Below, one piece after another: positions 55,830 to 64,000 of a stretch of DNA of 64,000 nucleotides. A model generated the notes under the pieces. It was given only the letters and a program-made list of their open reading frames with translations. It ran no database searches and was not told where the DNA came from. Origin of the DNA: Acidobacteriota bacterium (lineage in GTDB: Bacteria; Acidobacteriota; JAAYUB01); contig JAXGLX010000002.1 in assembly GCA_040768985.1 (NCBI GenBank), forward strand, positions 4,378,971 to 4,442,970. Reading direction: 5' to 3'. The translations under genes and the position numbers were made by a program. Position 1 is the stretch's first letter. Every line of letters starts with the position of its first letter.

Positions 55830-56110
55830 GAGTTGAGGGGAGGGCGGTAGAATTGGCAGAATATCAGGGTACGCAGGATCAGGTAGACGTTTGGATGTTG
55901 GAAGGTTGGAAAGTTGGAAAGGTGGGATTGGGGAACGCTAAAACCTTCGAACCTTTAAACCTTCGAACCTTTGAACCTTTGAACCTTTGAACCTTCGAAC
56001 CTTCGAACCTTCGAACCTTTAAACCTTCCAACAGTACCGATTCCGATTACGAGCACGATTACGAGTGCGATTACGATGACGATTACGAGCACGAGCACGA
56101 ATGAGAACAC
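55830..56110. repeat. Mosaic intergenic repeat block; includes copy A of the promoter-like element (TAGAAT at 55848..55853)
   Basis: GTTGAG units, CGGTAGAATTGGCAGAATATCAGG..GACGTTTGGATGTTGGAAGGTTGGAAAG, (GAACCTTY)n, and ACGATT/ACGAGC hexamers. Confidence 0.9.
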
Positions 56111-56130
56111 GATGGGAGAGATGAACGAGG

Positions 56131-57255
<1,125 letters not shown>

Positions 57256-57256
57256 C

Positions 57257-57705
57257 GGCACGCCAAGACGCGAAGGCGCAAGGCAATATTTATGGTCAAT
57301 GGAAGGGCGAGATGGATTTGGGCAAAATGGATGAGTTGGTGAGCGGCTGATGGGGAGATATTGGCGCGCAAAGACGCGAAGGCGCAAAGCAGGATTTTGG
57401 GTCAATGGAAGGGCGAGGGAAAAAGAGGCGGTGTTTATTGGTTGTTGGTGATTGCTTATATGTTATTGGCTATTTGGAAGCGAGCTGGGTTTGGGTGAAT
57501 GAGTGAGTCGGTGAATCGGTGAATCGGTGAGTCGGTGAAAGGGTGTGTCGGTGAATCGGTGAATTGGTGAATGGGTGAATCGGTGAATTGAGACACGAGA
57601 GACGGGAGACGAATCAGTCATCAACCATCAACTCTCAACTCTCAACTCTCAACCGTTGCGAACCTGCAAACCTGCGAACCTGTGAACCTGAGAACCTGAG
57701 AACCA
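57257..57705. repeat. Mosaic intergenic repeat block
   Basis: CGCCAAGACGCGAAGGCGCAA..GGTCAATGGAAGGGCGAG x2, the TTTATTGGTTGTTGGTGATTGCTTATATGTTATTGGCTATTTGG block, (GGTGAATS)n at 57493..57588, GGGAGAC, TCAACYC and GAACCTG units. Confidence 0.9.
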
Positions 57706-57895
57706 TTCAATCGATTAACATGCCTAATACAAATAGTACTTTAAGAGCGATTGTGACGGGAGACACAAACAGCGGCAATCTGTTTTGTGTCCGTCGTGGC
57801 TTTGTGGTGAAATAGACGCTCGAGAGAAAGCAGGACACGGACGATGGCTGTCGTCCGTGTACATTGGCTGAGCCGTTCGATATGCAGGGGATCTC

Positions 57896-59758
57896 GTGAT
57901 GGTGGAACGCATGATAAAAGGTGTATGGCGGCGGCGGCTGTTTTTCCTGGCGGGGGACGCCGGGCTGATCCTGTTTTCGTTCGCCGCCTGCTTCTTCGTT
58001 CGCTTCGAGTTTTCCTTCCCCAAGGGGTTTCCCGCCCAGGCGGCGACCTGGCTGCCCGTGCTGTTCGTCCTCAAGGTGCTCCTGCTCTGGGCGTTCGGGC
58101 TCTACCGGGTGGCCTGGTCCTACGTCGGGCTCAGGGAAATGGCTGGGATATTGAAGGCGGGGGCAATCTGGACTGTGGCCGCCTTCGCCCTGGTCCAGGC
58201 GGACCAGTGGCTGGGCTGGGTGCCGTCGCTGCCCCGCAGCGTGGTGCTCCTGGACGGAGTGTTCAGCGTGCTCCTCATCAGCGCCTTCCGCATCGCCCGG
58301 CGCGTCTGGCGCGAGGTGCTGCGGGAGCAGCGCGCCGGCGTGCGCACCCTGCTCGTGGGCGCCGGGCCCACCGGCGAGCGGCTGGCCCGGGAGTTTCTGC
58401 GCGCCACCGAGATCGACTACGACCCGGTGGCGTTCGTGGACGACGACCCCGGCAAGGCCCGCGCCACCATCCACGGCCTGCCCGTGGCGGGCACCCTGGC
58501 CGACATCCCGGCGGTGGTGGCCGAGTACCGCGTGGAAGCCGCCATCATGGGCATCACCACCGCCAAGCACGTGCTGGTGCAGAAGGTGTTCGAGGCGCTG
58601 CACGCCGCCGGGGTGCGCCGCATCAAGGTGGTGCCCCACATCGACCGCCTGCCCGAGGAGTCGGTGTCGGTGCGCGACCTGCACGACATCCGGATCGAGG
58701 ATCTGCTCTACCGCGAGCCGGTGACCACCGATTCGGCCGCCATCGCCGCGTTCCTGGCGGGCCGCCGGGTACTGGTCACGGGCGCGGCCGGCTCCATCGG
58801 GTCGGAGGTCGTCCGCCAGGTCCTCGGCTTCCGTCCCGCCGAGCTGGTCCTGTTCGACGTGGACGAGACGGGCGTCCACAACATGCTGGCCGAGGCGCGG
58901 CGACTGGCCCCGGCGGGTACGGTTGTGCACCCGTTCGTGGGCGACGTGCGCTCCGCCCGGTCGCTGGCGGCCGTGTTCGGCGCCCACCGGCCCGAGGTGG
59001 TCTTCCACGCCGCCGCCTACAAGCACGTCCCCCTGATGGAGGCGTTCCCCGGCGAGGCGCTGGAGACTAACGTCGGCGGCACCCACGCCCTGGGGCGGGC
59101 GGCGCTGGCGCACGGGGTGGAGCGGTTCGTGAACATCTCCACCGACAAGGCGGTGAACCCCACCAGCGTCATGGGCGCCTCGAAGCGCCTGGCCGAGATG
59201 GTCTGCTGCACGCTGAACCGCGGCGACGGCACCCGGTTCGTCTCGGTCCGCTTCGGCAACGTGCTGGGGAGCCGCGGCTCCGTGGTGCCCATGTTCCTGG
59301 AACAGATCCGCCGGGGCGGACCCGTCACCGTGACCCACCCGGAGATGCAGCGCTACTTCATGACCATTCCCGAGGCGGTGAACCTGGTGTTCCAGGCCGC
59401 GTCCATGGGGCAGGGGGGCGAGGTGCTCGTCCTGGACATGGGCGAGCCGGTGCGGATTCTGAAATTGGCCGAGGATCTGATCCGCCTCAACGGCATGGAG
59501 CCGTACGCCGACATCCCCGTCGAGTGCGTGGGGCTGCGCCCGGGGGAGAAGCTCTTCGAGGAGCTGCTCACCGCCGAGGAGGGGACCACCGCCACGGCCC
59601 ACGCCAAGGTGTTCGTGGCCCGGAACGCCAGCGGCTTCGAGGCGGCGGCGCTGGCGCCGCTGCTCGCGGAGCTGCACGCCGCGGCCGCGGGCGGCAACGG
59701 CGCGGTGCGGACGTTCCTCGCCAAGTACGTGCCGTTTTATCAGGAGCCGGTGAAGTAG
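57896..59758 (+). CDS. Membrane-anchored UDP-GlcNAc 4,6-dehydratase (PglF/CapD/WbpM family)
   Basis: Four N-terminal TM segments. TGAAGSIGSEV Rossmann fold, YKHVPLME, and STDKAVNPTSVMGASKRLAE. Start is GTG 57896 or ATG 57899. Confidence 0.9.
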   Translation: MMVERMIKGVWRRRLFFLAGDAGLILFSFAACFFVRFEFSFPKGFPAQAATWLPVLFVLKVLLLWAFGLYRVAWSYVGLREMAGILKAGAIWTVAAFALVQADQWLGWVPSLPRSVVLLDGVFSVLLISAFRIARRVWREVLREQRAGVRTLLVGAGPTGERLAREFLRATEIDYDPVAFVDDDPGKARATIHGLPVAGTLADIPAVVAEYRVEAAIMGITTAKHVLVQKVFEALHAAGVRRIKVVPHIDRLPEESVSVRDLHDIRIEDLLYREPVTTDSAAIAAFLAGRRVLVTGAAGSIGSEVVRQVLGFRPAELVLFDVDETGVHNMLAEARRLAPAGTVVHPFVGDVRSARSLAAVFGAHRPEVVFHAAAYKHVPLMEAFPGEALETNVGGTHALGRAALAHGVERFVNISTDKAVNPTSVMGASKRLAEMVCCTLNRGDGTRFVSVRFGNVLGSRGSVVPMFLEQIRRGGPVTVTHPEMQRYFMTIPEAVNLVFQAASMGQGGEVLVLDMGEPVRILKLAEDLIRLNGMEPYADIPVECVGLRPGEKLFEELLTAEEGTTATAHAKVFVARNASGFEAAALAPLLAELHAAAAGGNGAVRTFLAKYVPFYQEPVK

Positions 59759-59953
59759 CGGAGGGGGATAAAGCCGCGCCAAGGCGCCAAGACGCAAAGA
59801 AGACACTTTTTTTGTCAATGGAAAGAAGCGGTCGGCGGGTGCCGGCCGTTTTCAATTTTAAGAGTTTGAAAGTTGGAAGGTTTGAAGGTTAGAACGTTCG
59901 CAGGATCACAGGTTCGAAAGTTCGCAGGTTCGGGGACGGTTGAGGGTTGATAG

Positions 59954-59982
59954 TTGATGGTTGATGGAGGAATCGGTAGAAT
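59954..59982 (+). promoter_or_regulatory. Promoter-like TTGATG-17 nt-TAGAAT carried on a dispersed repeat (copy B)
   Basis: TTGATG at 59954..59959 and TAGAAT at 59977..59982. The same arrangement occurs at 63915..63943, and a similar one at about 55826..55853. Confidence 0.35.
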
Positions 59983-60015
59983 GGGCGGAAAATAAGAATT
60001 CACAGGATCCAGGAG

Positions 60016-60345
60016 ACGTTTGAAGGTTTGAAAGTTGAAAGGTTGGAATGTTGGGATTGGGGAACGTTATAACCTTATCAAGAAAACGTTTGAAGGTTTG
60101 AAAGTTGAAAGGTTGGAAGGTTGGGATTGGGGAACGTTATAACCTTATCAAGAAAACGTTTGAAGGTTTGAAAGTTGAAAGGTTGGAATGTTGGGATTGG
60201 GGAACGTTATAACCTTATCAAGAAAACGTTTGAAGGTTTGAAAGTTGAAAGGTTGGAATGTTGGGATTGGGGAACGTTATAACCTTATCAAGAAAACGTT
60301 TGAAGGTTTGAAAGTTGAAAGGTTGGAATGTTGGGATTGGGGAAC
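60016..60345 (+). repeat. 70-bp tandem repeat, about 4.7 copies
   Basis: ACGTTTGAAGGTTTGAAAGTTGAAAGGTTGGAATGTTGGGATTGGGGAACGTTATAACCTTATCAAGAAA. ACGTT recurs at 60016, 60086, 60156, 60226 and 60296. I saw one substitution, in copy 2. Confidence 0.95.
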
Positions 60346-60590
60346 GTTCAAACCTTCAAACCTTTAAACATTCAAACAGTTCCGAACACGATTACGAATT
60401 ACGATCACGATTACGATCACGATGACGATTACGAGCACGAACATTCGGGATGGGAACGAGCCTCTAGCCTCGAGCCTCTAGCCTCGATTACGAGTACGAT
60501 TACGAATTACGATCACGATTACGAGCACGAAATCCGATTTCCGAAGTCCGATGTCCGAATTCCGATGTCCGAATCCCATGGGGAGGGAAC
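60346..60590. repeat. Mosaic intergenic repeat block
   Basis: AAACCTTCAAACC units, ACGATT/ACGAGC hexamers, GCCTCTAGCCTCGAGCCTCTAGCCTCG, and CGATGTCCGAAT units. Confidence 0.9.
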
Positions 60591-60595
60591 CGACG

Positions 60596-62926
60596 ATGGC
60601 GAAGACGAAACGTACCGGTGAGGCGGTGAAGTCACGGGCGGTGGACTGGACGGTGGTGCTGGCGGGGATACCCGACCTGCCGCTGGGTAACGAGGCGCTG
60701 CCGCTGGAGCTGGCGGCGGCCCGTCCGTCGGGTGTCTGGCCCATCGAGGCCGGCGCCGCTTCGGCCGCGTTCGGGGCCGGGGGCGAGGTGCGGATCGAGG
60801 CGTTCAACGCCCTCGACGACGAGGACGCCGACGGCGTGCTGGGCGCGCCCGCCGAAGCGCCGTCCGCGCCCGGGGAGGCGGCGCTGGGGCCGCAGCTGGA
60901 GCTTGCCGACGACGCGGCGTGGCTCAAGTACCGCCTCGCCGCGCGGCCGATGGCAAAGGGCGCGGCCCGGGGGCTGGAGCTCGCGGCCGGGCCCGAGGCG
61001 GTGCTGGCCGATTACCGCTGCCACAATCGGGAGGAAAACGCGCGGGCGGCGGTGCGGGAAGATCTCGCCGCGCCGCGCCTGGCGGTGCGCGCCGCGGACG
61101 TGCTGACCCTGGGGCCACGCGACGCGCTCGCGTGGCGGGTGCGGGGGGAGCTGGCCTTGCGCCTCACCGTGGGGTGGGCGCCCCTCTGGCGCGCGGCTCT
61201 GGGCGCCGTGGCCCGGCTCCTGCCGCCGGAGCGGCTGCTGGCGGCGGAGGCCGCGGCCGGGGCCGCGGCGGATTTCGCCGTGACCCTTTGCGACGACTTC
61301 CAGGTGGTCTTCACAAGGCCGGAGCCGGGCCGGGTGCGCGTGGCGGTGCAGAAGATCGAGGCCCGGGGGGTGGCGGCGGGGGCGCCGCTGGCGCTCCAGG
61401 TGGCCCTCGACGGCGGGGCGGACCTGGCGGCCGCGGCCGAAAGCGCCTGGGCGGCGGTGTGCGGCGGGCCGGTGGGGCGCATCGAGAAGATCCTGAAGCG
61501 GGCGTCACTGGAGGAGCTGGGCGAGGCGGAGCGGGCGCTGCTGGAGCAACTCCTGGAGCGGGTGCGCCTCGGCCGCACGTTCCGGACGTTGGGCGCGGTG
61601 GCCCGGCGCTGGACGGCGCTCCGCGGCCGGGTGGAGGCGGCGGTGGCGGCGGCGGCCGAAGCGCAGGCGGCGGCGGGCTTCCGCTACGAGTACCTGCGCC
61701 TCCACACCGGGACCACGCTCTTCCAGGCGGTGCTGGATGACGCGGACTTCCGCGCCTGCCATCCGGCGCTGGTGCGACTGGACCTGGCGCCGGCGCTGGA
61801 TTTAGCGCGCGCGCACCCGGAGCGCCTCGCGCTGGAGCGATTCTTGCGCGAGGACGTGCGGCTCAGGCGGCGCGCGTGGGGGCTGGCGGTGACGCTGGGT
61901 CCGTGGACGGCGGCCGGCCGCGACGTGACCGAGCGCCGCGCGGTGGTCCAGCGCGACGGGGCGGGGCGGGAGCGGGTGGCGGTGTCGATCCGGCGGCGCT
62001 ACGAGGCGGCGTGGGGGCGGCGGACGGCGGCGTGGACGGCGGATCTCTCCGCCGAGATGCCGGAGTTTGCCGCGGCGCACCGGCCGGCGGCGGACGAGTT
62101 CCGCTTCGCCCTGCGCCTGCAGTGGGAGTGGGGGGAGCGCAAACTCGCGCGCGCGGACCTGGCGGAGGCGCTGGACCTGGCCATGGTCTGGGGGGCGCTC
62201 ACCCCGGCGGGCGCGGCGGAGGTGGCCGCGTCGCTCGCGGCAGAGCTGGCCGCCCGGGAGCCGGCGGTCATGAGCGTCGCGCTGGAGCTGGACGACGCGG
62301 CGCTCCGGGCGCTGCTGCCGCGCCTGGCCGCCGGCGGTGACGCGGCGGCGGCGCGGGCGCTGGCCCGGGCCATGCCGCGCCTGGAGCGGTACGCGGCGCG
62401 CCGCGAGCCGGCCCGCCGGGAAGCGCTCTACGCGCCCCTCTGGCGCGAGTACCTGCGCCGCAGCCGGGAGCCGCTCCGGGCGTACGCCGCCGCGGCCCGC
62501 CGCCACGGGGCGGCGGCGCCGGGGGGGCAGCACCTGGCTTTCCGTGAGGGAGGCGGCGGGACGCGGGATCCGCTGTTCGGCGAGTTTCACACCTTCGCCG
62601 GGCAGATCCGCTACCACGGCGCCACGGCCGCGGCCGGCGACCATTCGGGGATCGTTCAGGCGTGGCGGCGCCTGCGGCGGGGCTTCCGGCGGCTGGAGGC
62701 GGCGCTGGCCGCCCCCGACGGCGACGGCGCGCGGGCGGTCGAGGCGGCGCTGGCCGACGCGGCGCCGTTCTGGGGACAGTCGCTGCTCGCGCGGGCCGGC
62801 GGCGCGTACCTCGTCGCCGAGGCGGCGGCGGCCGGGCGGCTCGGGGAGGTGGCGCGGACGCTCACCATCGAGTTGCCGCGGCAGGAGAGAACAGTGGTGG
62901 TGACGACATCGGCGGAAGGAGAGTGA
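60596..62926 (+). CDS. Large hypothetical protein (776 aa, Ala/Arg/Leu-rich, no TM segment and no recognisable domain)
   Basis: ATG at 60596 after GGGAGGG. The only long frame here with protein-like composition (FQVVFTRPEPGRVRVAVQKIEARG, FRYEYLRLHTGTTLFQAVLDDADF). The opposite-strand ORFs are Arg/Pro/Gly junk. Confidence 0.55.
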   Translation: MAKTKRTGEAVKSRAVDWTVVLAGIPDLPLGNEALPLELAAARPSGVWPIEAGAASAAFGAGGEVRIEAFNALDDEDADGVLGAPAEAPSAPGEAALGPQLELADDAAWLKYRLAARPMAKGAARGLELAAGPEAVLADYRCHNREENARAAVREDLAAPRLAVRAADVLTLGPRDALAWRVRGELALRLTVGWAPLWRAALGAVARLLPPERLLAAEAAAGAAADFAVTLCDDFQVVFTRPEPGRVRVAVQKIEARGVAAGAPLALQVALDGGADLAAAAESAWAAVCGGPVGRIEKILKRASLEELGEAERALLEQLLERVRLGRTFRTLGAVARRWTALRGRVEAAVAAAAEAQAAAGFRYEYLRLHTGTTLFQAVLDDADFRACHPALVRLDLAPALDLARAHPERLALERFLREDVRLRRRAWGLAVTLGPWTAAGRDVTERRAVVQRDGAGRERVAVSIRRRYEAAWGRRTAAWTADLSAEMPEFAAAHRPAADEFRFALRLQWEWGERKLARADLAEALDLAMVWGALTPAGAAEVAASLAAELAAREPAVMSVALELDDAALRALLPRLAAGGDAAAARALARAMPRLERYAARREPARREALYAPLWREYLRRSREPLRAYAAAARRHGAAAPGGQHLAFREGGGGTRDPLFGEFHTFAGQIRYHGATAAAGDHSGIVQAWRRLRRGFRRLEAALAAPDGDGARAVEAALADAAPFWGQSLLARAGGAYLVAEAAAAGRLGEVARTLTIELPRQERTVVVTTSAEGE

Positions 62927-62969
62927 AGGGCACGCCAAGACGCGAAGGCGCAAAGAAGACTTTTTTGGG

Positions 62970-63545
62970 TTAATGTCTGACAATGGGGTTAAATCCCTCG
63001 CCTTCAGGCGAAAACTTGAGTTAGAGTACGATGTATGGAGTATTATCGAACGTCGGCTCATACCCGCTACGATGTGAAGTATCATTTTGTATGGATCACC
63101 AAATACCGCAAAGCAATCTTGCGGGGGCCGGTGGCGGAACGGCTGCGGGATTTGGTTCGGGAAGTGTGCCAGAGCAACGACATCGAGATCATGCAGGGGC
63201 ACGTGGCCAAGGACCATGTGCACTTGTTTGTGTCGGCGCCGCCCCACCTGTCACCGAGCAAGATCATGCAATACATCAAAGGGAAGACCTCGCGCAAGCT
63301 GATGATGGAATACCAGCACATCCAGAAGGCGTTCTGGGGACGGCATATCTGGGGGCGGGGCTACTTTGTCGCTAGCTCGGGCAACGTCACGGACGAGGTG
63401 ATCCAGGAGTACATCCGGCTGCAACAAGAGGGCGAGCCGCGGGGCGGAGGGGACAGTTTCAGGGTCGAGGAAGGCTGACATCGGCTTCCAGCCGGTGTCA
63501 GCCGGAATCAATGTCTTTCAAGCCCTCGCCTTCAGGCGAGGGTGG
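62970..63545 (+). mobile_element. IS200-type insertion sequence (tnpA only) with subterminal hairpins
   Basis: Left hairpin TCGCC-TTCA-GGCGA at 62998..63011. Right hairpin CCCTCGCC-TTCA-GGCGAGGG at 63523..63542. Both are preceded by AATGTCT and are in the same orientation. GC is lower than the surroundings. The element boundaries are approximate. Confidence 0.75.
63035..63478 (+). CDS. tnpA: IS200/IS605-family Y1 (HUH) transposase TnpA
   Basis: YHFVWITKYRK, the HUH motif DHVHLFVSAPP, and the C-terminal GYFVASSGNVTDEVIQEYIRLQ with the catalytic Tyr region. Confidence 0.92.
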   Translation: MEYYRTSAHTRYDVKYHFVWITKYRKAILRGPVAERLRDLVREVCQSNDIEIMQGHVAKDHVHLFVSAPPHLSPSKIMQYIKGKTSRKLMMEYQHIQKAFWGRHIWGRGYFVASSGNVTDEVIQEYIRLQQEGEPRGGGDSFRVEEG

Positions 63546-63549
63546 TTGA

Positions 63550-64000
63550 CTGGAAAGGTGAGCGGGGGCGGGGCAGACCGGGCACGCAAAGGCGCCATGA
63601 ATAGCTCGCCAAGGCGCAGAGACGCAAAGAAGACTTTTTTGGGTCAATGGAAAGAAGCGGTCGGCGGGTGCCGGCTGAAATTTTTTGGGTGAATGGGTGA
63701 ATGGGTGAATCGGGGAGTCGGTGAATGGGTGAATCGGGGAGTCGGTGAATGGGTGAATAGGTGAATAGGTGAATCGGGATACGGGATACGGGATACGGGA
63801 GACGGGAGAGGGTTCTTGGTTCGGGGACAGAACATAAAAAGCCTCTGTGTCCTCTGCGTACTCCGTGGTGAAGGCCGGCTGTCCGAGGGTCGGGGACGGT
63901 TGATGGGTTGATAGTTGATGGTTGATGGAGGAATCGGTAGAATGGGCGGAAAATCAAAGTTCGTAGGATTAGGAAGACGTTTGAAGGTTTGAAAGTTGAA
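63550..64000. repeat. Mosaic intergenic repeat block running to the window edge; includes promoter-like copy C (63915..63943)
   Basis: CGCAAAGAAGACTTTTTTGGGTCAATGGAAAGAAGCGGTCGGCGGGTGCCGGC (also at 59790..59845), (GGTGAATS)n at 63688..63776, GGGATAC/GGGAGAC units, CTCTGTG units, TTGATGG units, then GACGTTTGAAGGTTTGAAAGTTGAA. Confidence 0.9.

Noticed and set aside
55843-55850. GGCGGTAG, identical to the core of the ops/JUMPStart element of polysaccharide operons, upstream of the PglE-like gene.
   Set aside because: An 8-mer match is expected by chance in 2 x 64 kb of GC-rich DNA. The following bases (AATTGG) do not fit the GGCGGTAGnnTG consensus. The related copies at 59970 and 63931 read AATCGGTAG instead.
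57405-57506. A small hydrophobic peptide ORF inside a repeat block (MEGRGKKRRCLLVVGDCLYVIGYLEASWVWVNE). Related ORFs occur at 21823..22182(-) and 23353..23568(-) (MEGRGKK.RVYWLL.IA.I..AIWSARR), suggesting a type I toxin-like gene.
   Set aside because: There is no RBS before the ATG. A 1-nt indel puts this copy in a different frame from the other two. Differences between copies are mostly non-synonymous, and the ORFs simply run on into neighbouring modules until a chance stop.
60016-60345. Tandem arrays considered as possible CRISPR loci: the 70-bp array here, the 102-bp arrays at 26272..27585, and the 23-bp arrays at 19793, 23935 and 24951.
   Set aside because: The units abut directly with no unique spacers. 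Unit lengths and spacing do not fit a repeat-spacer architecture. There are no cas genes in the window.

Overview
This window comes from a high-GC bacterial chromosome; I cannot assign a lineage from the sequence alone. It has three parts.

**(1) 1-31.7 kb: housekeeping genes at roughly 65-72% GC.** These are thiI (partial), gpsA, an ECF sigma/anti-sigma pair, a polyprenyl synthase, tatD-larC-cobB, aroB, ubiE/menG, a GT-C glycosyltransferase with a fatty-acyl-CoA ligase, rlmI, an MFS transporter, glmU, rplM-rpsI and rpsB...tsf.

**(2) About 31.7-55.4 kb: a low-GC island.** GC is roughly 40-52% by hand counts on single lines. All genes are on the + strand and form a Wzx/Wzy-type polysaccharide locus:
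- an N-acyl amino-sugar cassette
- a flippase and a Wzy-like polymerase
- about 8 glycosyltransferases and a methyltransferase
- a CapK-like ligase and wecB
- a PglC-like initiating transferase and a PglD-like acetyltransferase

**(3) 55.4-64 kb: high GC again.** It holds PglE-like and PglF-like genes, a 776-aa orphan protein and an IS200-type tnpA.

**Most notable observations:**
- A 167-aa mini-intein splits the catalytic GGH|C-IPLDP motif of the UDP-sugar dehydrogenase at the island edge.
- A small vocabulary of short tandem-repeat modules and hairpin arrays fills almost every intergenic gap in the high-GC parts. These modules are absent from the island, and they also occur in frame inside larC and at the glmU 3' end.
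- Two GxxExxY (PD-(D/E)XK) genes are embedded in these repeats. One separates rpsB from tsf and is flanked on both sides by about 3 copies of a 102-bp hairpin repeat.

No rRNA, tRNA or CRISPR array was found. Many long ORFs in the six-frame track are high-GC shadow ORFs.
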